From NCBI GenBank assembly GCA_036494425.1, contig DASXOK010000028.1:1-59418 (forward strand): a stretch of 59,418 nucleotides of DNA. The letters run 5' to 3'. Below the pieces are notes generated by a model. The model was not told the DNA's origin. It saw only the letters and a list, made by a program, of their open reading frames with translations, and did not search any database. The translations under genes were made by a program, and so were the position numbers. The stretch's first letter is position 1, and each line of letters starts with the position of its first letter. Positions 18,330 through 27,356 of this stretch are shown in pieces. The stretch is from Pseudolabrys sp. (GTDB lineage: Bacteria > Pseudomonadota > Alphaproteobacteria > Rhizobiales > Xanthobacteraceae).

Positions 18330-18442
18330 GATCCGTCACCCCGAGGTGCGCCGAAGGCGCCTCGAAGGGTGCCGGGCACTGAATCACGGGCCGTCGCCCT
18401 TCGAGGCTCGCGCTGCGCGCTCGCTCCTCAGGGTGACGGATC
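18330..18442. repeat. CGTC-type palindromic intergenic repeat (family A, copy 1)
   Basis: Terminal IR GATCCGTCACCCCGAGG / CCTCAGGGTGACGGATC; inner CCTCGAAGGG / CCCTTCGAGG; homologous to 44999-45102. Confidence 0.85.
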
Positions 18443-18466
18443 AAAGTCAGAGAAGGAAGACGTACA

Positions 18467-19258
18467 ATGCCCCAAACCGACAAAATGCTGTCCCGCAAAG
18501 AGGGCGGCGTCGGCTATGTGATCTTCAACAATCCCGAGCGCCACAACGCCGTGTCGCTGGAAATGTGGGAAGCCGCGAGCGAATATCTCGACGACTTTGC
18601 CAATGACAAAGCGGTGCGGGTCGTCGTGTTCAGCGGCGCCGGCGGCAAGGCTTTCGTGTCGGGCGCCGACATTTCGAAGTTCGAGAGCGAGCGCTCCAGC
18701 AAGGAGGCGATCGACCGCTACAATATCGCGGTCGACAAGGCCAATACCGCGATCTACGAATTTTCCAAGCCGACCATCGCCATGATCCAGGGCTACTGCA
18801 TCGGCGGTGGCGTCGGCCTAGCGCTCTGCTGCGACATGCGCATCTGCTCGGACAATTCCAAGTTCGGCGTCCCCGCGGCCAAGCTCGGCCTCGGATACGG
18901 CTTCAAAGGCATCAAGAAGCTGGTCGACGTGGTCGGTCCGTCCTTTGCCAAGGAGATCTTTTACACCGCCCGTCAATTCACCGCCGCCGAGGCGAAGGAC
19001 ATGGGCCTCGTCAACCGCGTGGTGCCGGCCGCGGAGCTTGAGACCTACGTGAAGAATTACGCCGAAACCATCAGCGCCAATGCGCCACTCACGGTGGATG
19101 CGGTCAAATACATCGTCGGTCAGGTGCTGACCGACGAATCCACGCGGGATCTGAAAAAGTGCGCCGACCTGGTGGCGCAATGCTTCGCCAGCAAGGATTA
19201 TACCGAGGGCCGCACCGCCTTCATGGAAAAGCGCAAGCCGCAGTTTACCGGGTCGTAG
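18467..19258 (+). CDS. Enoyl-CoA hydratase/isomerase (crotonase) family protein
   Basis: NNPERHNA, AFVSGADIS, KPTIAMIQGYCIGGG, EGRTAFMEKRKPQF. Confidence 0.92.
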   Translation: MPQTDKMLSRKEGGVGYVIFNNPERHNAVSLEMWEAASEYLDDFANDKAVRVVVFSGAGGKAFVSGADISKFESERSSKEAIDRYNIAVDKANTAIYEFSKPTIAMIQGYCIGGGVGLALCCDMRICSDNSKFGVPAAKLGLGYGFKGIKKLVDVVGPSFAKEIFYTARQFTAAEAKDMGLVNRVVPAAELETYVKNYAETISANAPLTVDAVKYIVGQVLTDESTRDLKKCADLVAQCFASKDYTEGRTAFMEKRKPQFTGS

Positions 19259-19275
19259 CGCGACCAAAGAAATCT

Positions 19276-19307
19276 CCCCGCGGGTGTTGAGGAAACGCCC
19301 CGCGGGG
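19276..19307. terminator. GC-rich stem-loop after crotonase gene
   Basis: CCCCGCGGGTGTT-GAGGA-AACGCCCCGCGGGG; no clear U-tract. Confidence 0.4.
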
Positions 19308-19375
19308 TTGATACGATAAGCGCCGAACAAAAAGCCGCATAAGCGGCACGGCGGAAAAAAGGGGAGGAGAGTTGC

Positions 19376-20437
19376 GTGGCCGCAGTCGAATTGCGAGGTC
19401 TGACCAAGCGTTATGGCTTGAACGCGGTGGTCGACGACGTGTCGCTCACCATCGCGCACGGCAATCTGGTCTGCCTGCTTGGCCCGTCGGGCTGCGGCAA
19501 GACTACGACGCTGCGGCTGATCGCCGGCTTCGTCGAGCCGAGCGATGGCGAGATCCGCGTCGGCGACAAGGTGATCTCCTCACCCGCGCTGACGCTGCCG
19601 CCCGAGCGGCGCAACATGTCGATGATCTTCCAGAGCTACGCGCTGTGGCCGCACATGACGGTGGCCGAGAACATCATCTACGGCCTCAAGCTGCGCAAAA
19701 TCGACCGCGCCAGCATCGCCAAGAAGCTCGACGCGATCCTCGCCACCACCAAGCTCGCAGCTTTGGCGGAACGCTATCCCGGCGAGCTCTCCGGCGGCCA
19801 GCAACAACGCGTCGCCTTGGCGCGCGCACTGATCGTCGAGCCGGAAACGCTGCTGCTCGACGAGCCGCTGTCCAATCTTGACGCCAACTTGCGTGAGGAG
19901 ATGCGGTTCGAGGTGCGTCGCCTGCACGATGCTTATCGTTATACCACTGTCTACGTCACGCATGACCAGTCCGAGGCGATGACCACGGCCGATCTCATCG
20001 CGGTGATGAACGGAGGCAAGATCGAGCAGGCGGGCTCGCCGGAGGACATTTACGACCGCCCGCGCTCCGAGTTCGTCGCCCGTTTCATCGGCTCCAGCAA
20101 CGTCATCAAGGGCAAGGGGCTCGATGCAGCCCGCGTCGATTTCGCGGGCGTGCCGCTACGCTGTGTCGGCGAACCGGTGGCAACCGGCGCGCCGACGCCG
20201 GTGTCGATCCGTCCGCACGACATCGCGCTCTTTGCCAAGGCGCCGGCACAGGCCGACAATGTCGTGCCGGCGACGGTGGTCCGACAAGTTTTTCTCGGCG
20301 GCAATCGCGACTACATGGTCGAAGCCAAAGACGGCACGCAACTGCGCGTGCTCACAACGGCGGCCAAGAACATTTCGCAAGGTAGTGCCGTCTGGCTGCA
20401 TCTGCCGGCCGAATGCTGCCGTGCGCTGAGTGGATAA
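19376..20437 (+). CDS. FbpC/PotA-type ABC ATP-binding protein with TOBE domain
   Basis: GPSGCGKTT, FQSYALWPHMTV, LSGGQQQR, LDEPLSNLD; GGAGGAG RBS before GTG. Confidence 0.93.
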   Translation: MAAVELRGLTKRYGLNAVVDDVSLTIAHGNLVCLLGPSGCGKTTTLRLIAGFVEPSDGEIRVGDKVISSPALTLPPERRNMSMIFQSYALWPHMTVAENIIYGLKLRKIDRASIAKKLDAILATTKLAALAERYPGELSGGQQQRVALARALIVEPETLLLDEPLSNLDANLREEMRFEVRRLHDAYRYTTVYVTHDQSEAMTTADLIAVMNGGKIEQAGSPEDIYDRPRSEFVARFIGSSNVIKGKGLDAARVDFAGVPLRCVGEPVATGAPTPVSIRPHDIALFAKAPAQADNVVPATVVRQVFLGGNRDYMVEAKDGTQLRVLTTAAKNISQGSAVWLHLPAECCRALSG

Positions 20438-20518
20438 CAACAAGAGGCGAGGGGAATCGCGGGGGCGAAAACCTAAACTACAACAAAACAATAAATCAGG
20501 GACATGGAGGAAACGCCG

Positions 20519-21586
20519 ATGAAGGACTTCAAGCTCTCACGCCGCGACTTGCTGATCGGATCGAGCGCACTTGCCGCCGGCAGTGCGTTCTCGACCCAAG
20601 TGCTGTCCGCGGCGCCGCCCGCGACAGCGATCACGCCGCAATTGATCGATGCGGCCAAGAAGGAAGGCAAGGTCGTCTGGTATACCTCGGTCGATCTGCC
20701 GCTCGCCGAGAAGGTGGGCAAGTCATTCGAGGCCAAATATCCCGGCATCGCCGTGCGCGTCGAACGCACCGGCGCCGAGCGCGTGTTCCAGCGCATCGGC
20801 CAGGAATATGCCGCAAACATCCACGCCGTGGATGTCGCCAATTCCTCGGATGCCGCGCATCTCATCGTCTGGAAGAAGGCCGGTCTTCTCGAGCCGTTCG
20901 TCCCGGAGGATGTCGCCAAGTTCTATCCAGCCGAGCACAAGGATCCGGACGGCAACTTCGCCAGCTTCCGCGTCTGGCTTTCGATCATCGCCTACAACAC
21001 CAATCTGGTGAAGAAGGAGGACGCGCCGAAGAGCTTCGCCGACCTGCTCGATCCGAAATGGAAGGGCAAGATCGTCAAGGCGCATCCGGGCTACAGCGGC
21101 ACCATCATGACCGCGACCTATCAGATGCAGCGCGATCTCGGCTGGGAGTTCTTCGAGAAACTCGCCAAGCAGAACATCATGCAGGTGCAGTCCTCGGCCG
21201 ATCCGCCGAAGCGGCTGGCGCTGGGCGAGCGTGCCGTGCAGGCCGACGGCAACGAATACAATATCTTCCAGATCAAGGAGAAGGACGGCCCGGTCGAGCC
21301 GGTCTACGCTACCGAAGGTTCGCCGCTGATCGTCGGGCCGACCGGCATGTTCAAGGCGGCGCCCAATCCGAACGCCGCCAAGCTGTTCACGGCCTACAGC
21401 TTCACGCCGGAGTGCCAGCAACTGATCATCGACGTCGGCGGCCTGCGCTCGATGCATCCGCAGACCAAGGAGAAGGCGGGTCGTACGCCGTTCAAGGACA
21501 TCAAGACGATGAAGGACGATGCCGCCGCCGTCGAGAAGATGGGCGACGAGATCAAGTCGCATTACGTCAAGATTTTCCACGTGTGA
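20519..21586 (+). CDS. Fe(III)/polyamine-family ABC substrate-binding protein, Tat-exported
   Basis: SRRDLL twin-arginine signal; AAKKEGKVVWYTS, PKSFADLLDPKWKGK, APNPNAAKLF. Confidence 0.88.
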   Translation: MKDFKLSRRDLLIGSSALAAGSAFSTQVLSAAPPATAITPQLIDAAKKEGKVVWYTSVDLPLAEKVGKSFEAKYPGIAVRVERTGAERVFQRIGQEYAANIHAVDVANSSDAAHLIVWKKAGLLEPFVPEDVAKFYPAEHKDPDGNFASFRVWLSIIAYNTNLVKKEDAPKSFADLLDPKWKGKIVKAHPGYSGTIMTATYQMQRDLGWEFFEKLAKQNIMQVQSSADPPKRLALGERAVQADGNEYNIFQIKEKDGPVEPVYATEGSPLIVGPTGMFKAAPNPNAAKLFTAYSFTPECQQLIIDVGGLRSMHPQTKEKAGRTPFKDIKTMKDDAAAVEKMGDEIKSHYVKIFHV

Positions 21587-21637
21587 GGCGCTCCTTGAGA
21601 ACGCGCACATTTTGCTTCGACGCTGGCCTCTCCTTTT

Positions 21638-21784
21638 CCCCTCCCCCCGCGCACTCTTGCGCGTGGCGGGGAGGGGTCAGGGGTTGGGGCGTCATTCGGC
21701 GAAGCGTCGTCAAAATCCCCCCACCCCGGCTCGCAATCGCGAGCGATTGCAAACCGACCCTCCTCGCCGCTTCGCGGGGGAGGG
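21638..21784. repeat. RIME-like palindromic repeat (family B)
   Basis: Two terminal CCCTCCCC..GGGGAGGG hairpins with central GGGGTTGGGG / CCCCACCCC arms. Confidence 0.8.
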
Positions 21785-21794
21785 TGGAGAACCC

Positions 21795-23513
21795 ATGACC
21801 ATCGCCCTTCCCGCACGCACGGCGCGCCGCCGCGGTTTCGGCATCGATCTGACCAAGCCGGTGCTCTACGCGTTCGCCGCGATCCTCTGCGTTCTCATCG
21901 TGCTGCCGCTGTCCTGGCTGCTGATCTACTCGTTCAGCGACGCCAAGGGTGCCTTCACGCTGCTCAACTTCTATCGGCTGTTCAGCGAATCCTCGTTCTA
22001 CGATCCACTCGCCACCACCTTCATCATCGCCACGAGTTCGGCCGTGATCTGCTGCGCGGTCGCCGCGCCGATGGGCTGGCTGGTGGCGCGCACCGACCTG
22101 CCGTTCGGCGGCATCGTGCGCGCGCTGGTCACGGCGTCGTTCGTCACGCCGCCGTTCCTCGGAGCCATCGCGTGGGAATTGCTCGCCGCGCCGAACAGCG
22201 GCCTGCTCAATCAGCTTTTCCGCCTGGTGACAGGCGCCGAGCAGGACGAGCACCTGTTCAACATCTACACGCTGACCGGCATCATCTTCGTCATCTCCTG
22301 CTATACGTTCCCCTACGTCTTCGTGCTGGTCGCCAACTCGCTCGACCGCACGCCGGGTGAGTTGGAGGATGCTTCGTCGATCCTCGGTGGCGGACGCTGG
22401 TACACGGCGCGCCGCGTCACCATCCCGCTGGTGCTCCCGGCGCTGCTCGCCGGCGCGCTCGTCGCCTTCCTGCAAGCGATGACGTTGTTCGGTTCGCCGG
22501 CGATCCTGGCGCTGCCCGCCGGCTTCCATACGATGACGACCAAGATCTGGAGCCTGTTCCAGTTCCCGCCGAAGCCGGAGCTCGCCGCAGCCGCCGCGCT
22601 GCCGCTCCTCATCCTCACCGTGATCCTGCTGCGTGCCGAGAACATGATCCTCGGCCGCCGCGGTTATTCGGTGGTTGGCGGCAAATACGGCGCGCCGCGG
22701 CTGATCCCGCTGCACGGCTGGCGCTGGCCGGCCTTCGGCCTCTGCCTCATGGTGCTGATGCTGCCGGTGTTCCTGCCTTATGCGGCGCTGTTCAACGCCG
22801 CCTTCTCGCCTGTGGCGACGACGTTTCTGACGCTCCACAACGCGACGATGCACAATGTGAACTTCGTGCTGTTCGAATTGTCAGCCGCCTCGCTGGCGCT
22901 CAAGAACACCGTCATCCTCGGCACCGCCACCGCCACGGTCGGCACCATCATCGCCGTCATCATCGCCTACATCACCGCGCGCCAGGCGGTCACCGGCTGG
23001 CGCGTGCTCGGCTTCCTCGCTACCGCGCCGATCGCCATCCCCGGCATCGTGCTCGGCGTCGGGCTGTTCCTGAGCTACACGCGCCCGCCCTTCGTGCTCT
23101 ACGGCACGCTGTGGATCCTGCTCATCGCCTTCGTCACCATCGCGTTGCCCTCGGCCTATCAGCAGCTCCAGGCGGCGTTCCGCACCATCCATCCGGAACT
23201 TGAGGATGCGAGCCGGATCCTCGGCGCCACGCGCCTGCGCTCTCTCTGGCAGATCACCGCGCCGCTCTTGCGCACCGGCGTCATCGCCACCTGGTGCTTC
23301 ATCTTCGTCGGCGTCATGCGCGAACTGTCGGCGGCGATCATCCTCTTCACCTCGGAGACCAAGGTGATCTCGGTGCTGATCTACGATCTCAACGAAAGCG
23401 GCGATCTCGGCGCCATCTCCGTGATCGGCATCGGCATGCTGCTGATCACGTTTGCCGTGGTGATCGCGGTCAACAAGATTCCCGGTTTCGGAACCGTGCG
23501 GTTTAGGACATAA
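21795..23513 (+). CDS. FbpB-type ABC permease (two fused domains)
   Basis: Two ELEDAS.ILG EAA loops; about 12 TM helices. Confidence 0.92.
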   Translation: MTIALPARTARRRGFGIDLTKPVLYAFAAILCVLIVLPLSWLLIYSFSDAKGAFTLLNFYRLFSESSFYDPLATTFIIATSSAVICCAVAAPMGWLVARTDLPFGGIVRALVTASFVTPPFLGAIAWELLAAPNSGLLNQLFRLVTGAEQDEHLFNIYTLTGIIFVISCYTFPYVFVLVANSLDRTPGELEDASSILGGGRWYTARRVTIPLVLPALLAGALVAFLQAMTLFGSPAILALPAGFHTMTTKIWSLFQFPPKPELAAAAALPLLILTVILLRAENMILGRRGYSVVGGKYGAPRLIPLHGWRWPAFGLCLMVLMLPVFLPYAALFNAAFSPVATTFLTLHNATMHNVNFVLFELSAASLALKNTVILGTATATVGTIIAVIIAYITARQAVTGWRVLGFLATAPIAIPGIVLGVGLFLSYTRPPFVLYGTLWILLIAFVTIALPSAYQQLQAAFRTIHPELEDASRILGATRLRSLWQITAPLLRTGVIATWCFIFVGVMRELSAAIILFTSETKVISVLIYDLNESGDLGAISVIGIGMLLITFAVVIAVNKIPGFGTVRFRT

Positions 23514-23569
23514 GCAGAGTGCGAAAGCGGGGCGGCTTTCAGTTCGAACAGCACAGCGAAGTCATTTTC

Positions 23570-24940
23570 ATGGACGCCAAGCTTCCCCAGGTCGCTATCG
23601 CCGAACAATTGGCCGAACGCATCGTTGGGCTGCGCGCGGATGCGCTCCCGCCTGCCGTGCGCACTAAGTGCGAGGATCTCCTCATCGACGTCGTCGGTCT
23701 CTGCGTCACCGCGCGCAATGAGGACTACGTGCAAAGCGTGCTGGCGGCGCTGGATGACGACGGGCCCTGCACGGCCATCGGCCATGCGCGCACGTTGAGC
23801 AGCGCCGGCGCGGCACTCGTCAACGGCACCGCCTGCCACGGCGAGGATTTCGACGACACCTTTGAAGGCGGCCCGGTGCATGCCGGCGCCGTCATCGTGC
23901 CGGCGGTGTTGGCAGCCTGCGAGCGGCACCGGCCGGATGGCGCCGCGGCCTTGCTCGGCATCGCCGTCGGCAGCGAGATCATGTGCCGCCTGAGCACCGT
24001 GGTGCCCAAGGCCGTGCACCGGGCCGGCTTCCACCCCACCGCCATCTTCGGCGTCATGGGCGCGGCCGCCGGCGTCAGCGTCGCACTCGGCCTCAACGCA
24101 AAGCAGATCGCCGACGCGCTCGGCATCGCCGGCAGCATGGCGTCCGGCATCATCGAATATCTCGCCGAGGGCACCTGGACCAAGCGCATGCATCCCGGCT
24201 GGGCGGCGCAGTCCGGCATCCGGGCCGCGCTCCTCGCGCGCGCGGGTTTCCTCGGCCCGCGCACGGTATTTGAAGGCGTGCACGGGCTGTTTCACGGCTT
24301 CGCGAACACGACCGAAGGCGACTTCGGTCAATTGGACGATTTCGGCGACGCCTGGGTCATTGAAACGCTCGCCTTCAAGCCCTATCCCTGCGGAACCATG
24401 GCGCATCCTTATATCGACTGCGCCAAGCGCCTTGCCGCGCGCGGCATCAAGCCTACGGATGTGAAGGAGCTGATCTGCGAGGTCGGCGAGGGCACGGTGC
24501 ACCGGCTGTGGGAGCCGCTTGCCGCCAAGCAGAGGCCGCCGAACGGCTATGCCGCCAAGTTTGCCACGCCGTTTCTGCTCGCCACCGGCTTCGTGCACGG
24601 CGGCGTCGGCCTCGACGCGTTCGCGGAAAAGGCCGTGCACGATGCCGATGTGCTCGCGCTGGCCGCCAAGGTCCGTTACGTCATCGATCCGGACAATCCG
24701 TATCCGAACAACTTCACCGGCCATATCCGCGCCGTGCTTAACGAGGGCTCGGTCGTCGAGGAACGCCAACCACATTTTCGGGGCGGGGCGCATGAGCCGC
24801 TCACGCGCGCCGATCTCGAGGAGAAGTTCGCGCTCAACGCCCGTCACGGCGGCTGGGATGCACAACGCGGCGCGGCGGCGCTGACGCTGTTGGCGAAGCT
24901 CTACGGCGGACCCGTCGATCTGAAATCGCTGCAGGGATAG
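23570..24940 (+). CDS. MmgE/PrpD family protein
   Basis: AALVNGTACHGEDFDDT..GPVHAG, GFHPT, TKRMHPG, FKPYPCG. Confidence 0.92.
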   Translation: MDAKLPQVAIAEQLAERIVGLRADALPPAVRTKCEDLLIDVVGLCVTARNEDYVQSVLAALDDDGPCTAIGHARTLSSAGAALVNGTACHGEDFDDTFEGGPVHAGAVIVPAVLAACERHRPDGAAALLGIAVGSEIMCRLSTVVPKAVHRAGFHPTAIFGVMGAAAGVSVALGLNAKQIADALGIAGSMASGIIEYLAEGTWTKRMHPGWAAQSGIRAALLARAGFLGPRTVFEGVHGLFHGFANTTEGDFGQLDDFGDAWVIETLAFKPYPCGTMAHPYIDCAKRLAARGIKPTDVKELICEVGEGTVHRLWEPLAAKQRPPNGYAAKFATPFLLATGFVHGGVGLDAFAEKAVHDADVLALAAKVRYVIDPDNPYPNNFTGHIRAVLNEGSVVEERQPHFRGGAHEPLTRADLEEKFALNARHGGWDAQRGAAALTLLAKLYGGPVDLKSLQG

Positions 24941-24947
24941 CCACACC

Positions 24948-25703
24948 ATGACCGAGAAAGTCCTCACCGGCCGCGTGGCCGTCGTCACCGGCGCGGGGCG
25001 CAATATCGGGCGCGCGATCGCGCATCAGCTTGCGCAAGACGGCGCCGCGGTCGTGATCAACGTGCGCTCGAACAAGGCCGAAGCCGACAAGGTCGTGAGC
25101 GAGATCGAATCCGCCGGCGGGCGGGCGCTCGCGTATGTCGCCGACGTCACTGATCCGAAGGCGGTTGAAGCGATGGCGCAGGCGGCGCTTAAGCGCTTCG
25201 GCCGCATCGACATCCTCGTCAACAATGCGGCGATGCGCGCCGAGCAGCCGTTCGAGACGATGTCCTATGCCGACTGGCGCGCGGTGATGGACCTGGCGCT
25301 CGACGCGCCGTTCCACTGCGTGAAGGCGTGCCTCCCGGCTCTGAAGGCGAGCGGCGCCGGCACCATCGTCAACATTGGCGGCCTGAGCGCGCACACCGGC
25401 GCCAAGGACCGCGCCCACGTGGTTACCGCAAAGGCCGGCATTGTCGGCTTCACTCGCGCGCTGGCGCATGATCTCTCCGACGCGCACATCACGGTCAATT
25501 GCGTCGTGCCGGGGCTCATCGAGAGGCCACGGCCGAAGGACAGCCCTGCGCCGCAGCATCACGCCACGAACCGCACGATCTCCGGCGAACGCGGCAGGGT
25601 CGACGACGTCGCCGCCGTCGTGCGTTTCCTCTGCAGCCCGGCGGCCCGCTACATCACCGGCCAGAGCATTCATGCCAATGGCGGAGCGTACCTCGGCGGC
25701 TGA
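24948..25703 (+). CDS. Short-chain dehydrogenase/reductase (atypical)
   Basis: TGAGRNIG, VNNAA; HVVTAK in place of YxxxK. Confidence 0.9.
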   Translation: MTEKVLTGRVAVVTGAGRNIGRAIAHQLAQDGAAVVINVRSNKAEADKVVSEIESAGGRALAYVADVTDPKAVEAMAQAALKRFGRIDILVNNAAMRAEQPFETMSYADWRAVMDLALDAPFHCVKACLPALKASGAGTIVNIGGLSAHTGAKDRAHVVTAKAGIVGFTRALAHDLSDAHITVNCVVPGLIERPRPKDSPAPQHHATNRTISGERGRVDDVAAVVRFLCSPAARYITGQSIHANGGAYLGG

Positions 25704-25795
25704 CGCAGGACATCATTCCGCGAGTGAGGGTGGCCGATTGCGCGTGAAAGTGCTAATCCAGCGGCAACTTTGTCCGGGAAACGAAAGAGGTCCGC

Positions 25796-27223
25796 ATGTA
25801 CACCGATCTCGCGCTTTTCATCGATGGAAAATGGCTCAACGGCGACGGCCGCAAGGGCGAGGATGTAGTCAACCCCGCCACCGGCAAAGTGCTGGCCAAG
25901 CTGCCGCATGCCAGCAAAGCCGATCTCGATGCCGCGCTGGCCGCCGCCGAGAAAGGCTTCGCCACCTGGAAAGTGACCAGCGCCTATGACCGCTCGAAGA
26001 TCATGCGCAAGGCCGCCGACCTGCTGCGCGAACGCGCCCAGCACGTCGCGACCGTGCAGACGCAGGAGCAGGGCAAGGTCTTCGCCGAATCGCGCGTCGA
26101 GGTGCTGACCTCCGCCGACATCATCGACTGGTACGCCGAAGAAGGCCGCCGCGCTTATGGCCGCATCGTCCCGGGCCGGCAGAAGGGCGTGCGCCAGATC
26201 GTCACGCAGGAGCCGGTTGGCGTCGTCGCCGCCTTCACGCCGTGGAATTTCCCGACGCTGACGCCGGTACGTAAGATCGCCGGCGCGCTCGCCGCTGGCT
26301 GCTCGGTCATCATCAAGGCGTCGGAAGAGACGCCTGGCGGTTGCGTCGAACTGGTGAAGTGCTTCGCCGACGCGGGTCTGCCGGCCGGCGTGCTCAATCT
26401 GGTGTTCGGCGTGCCGTCGGAAGTGTCCGAGCATCTGATTCCCGCCGAAGTGGTGAAGAAGATCTCCTTCACCGGCTCGATCCCGGTCGGCAAGCATCTC
26501 GCCGCGCTCGCCGGCAAAAGTATGAAGAAGGCCACCATGGAGCTCGGCGGTCACTCGCCGGTCGTGGTTTTCGCCGACGCCGATCCGGAGAAGGCCGCTG
26601 ACACCATCGCCGCTTTCAAGTATCGCAACGCCGGGCAGGTCTGCATCTCGCCGACGCGCTTCTATGTGCAGGAAGCGAGCTACAGCAAGTTCGTCGCGCG
26701 CTTCACCGAATACGCTAAAAGCATCAAGCTCGGCGACGGCATGGAGAAGGGCATCACCATGGGCCCGCTCGCCAATCCGCGCCGGCTCGACGCGATGGAG
26801 TCGTTCGTCAACGACGCCAAGGAGCGCGGCGGCAAGATCGTCACCGGCGGATCGCGCCACGGCAACCAGGGCTACTTCTTCGAGCCGACTGTGGTCACCG
26901 ACGTGCCGGACGATTCGAAGATCATGACCGAGGAGCCCTTCGGCCCGGTGGCGCCGATCGTGCCGTTCAAGACCTTCGACGAAGTGGTCGAGCGCGCCAA
27001 CTCGCTCGAGTTCGGCCTCGCGGCTTATGCCTTCACCTCGTCCGGCGCGACCGCGATGGCGATCGGCGATGCCATCCAGTCCGGCATGGTCGGTGTCAAC
27101 AGCGTCGCCATCTCGACGCCGGAGACGCCGTTCGGCGGGGTCAAGGAATCCGGCTACGGCTCCGAGGGCGGCATCGAAGGCCTGCAGGCGTACTTGAACA
27201 CGAAGTTCATCTCGCAGGCGTGA
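25796..27223 (+). CDS. NAD-dependent aldehyde dehydrogenase (succinate-semialdehyde / alpha-ketoglutaric-semialdehyde DH type)
   Basis: FTPWNFP, SFTGS, MELGGHSP, NAGQVCISP, EEPFGP, PFGGVKESG. Confidence 0.92.
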   Translation: MYTDLALFIDGKWLNGDGRKGEDVVNPATGKVLAKLPHASKADLDAALAAAEKGFATWKVTSAYDRSKIMRKAADLLRERAQHVATVQTQEQGKVFAESRVEVLTSADIIDWYAEEGRRAYGRIVPGRQKGVRQIVTQEPVGVVAAFTPWNFPTLTPVRKIAGALAAGCSVIIKASEETPGGCVELVKCFADAGLPAGVLNLVFGVPSEVSEHLIPAEVVKKISFTGSIPVGKHLAALAGKSMKKATMELGGHSPVVVFADADPEKAADTIAAFKYRNAGQVCISPTRFYVQEASYSKFVARFTEYAKSIKLGDGMEKGITMGPLANPRRLDAMESFVNDAKERGGKIVTGGSRHGNQGYFFEPTVVTDVPDDSKIMTEEPFGPVAPIVPFKTFDEVVERANSLEFGLAAYAFTSSGATAMAIGDAIQSGMVGVNSVAISTPETPFGGVKESGYGSEGGIEGLQAYLNTKFISQA

Positions 27224-27245
27224 GTCGCGCGCTGAGCTGATGTGC

Positions 27246-27282
27246 AAATGGCCGGAGTTTTCCCCGGCCATTTTGTTTTTTT
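27246..27282 (+). terminator. Rho-independent terminator
   Basis: AAATGGCCGG-8 nt-CCGGCCATTT followed by TGTTTTTTT. Confidence 0.85.
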
Positions 27283-27304
27283 GGATGCGGTGCGTTTGCT
27301 CTCT

Positions 27305-27332
27305 TTCCCTCACCCCCGAGGGGAGAGGGGAA
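27305..27332. repeat. Partial family B hairpin
   Basis: TTCCCTCACCCCCGAGGGGAGAGGGGAA, a single arm of the RIME-like repeat. Confidence 0.5.
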
Positions 27333-27356
27333 GCGCGCGCGTCGCTGCGCTCTACT

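Noticed and set aside
21519-21794. N-terminal extensions in the ORF track (also 29703-29999, 41646-41990, 1340-1543, 56923-57120)
   Set aside because: They run through repeats, neighbouring genes or intergenic DNA; downstream starts match family N-termini
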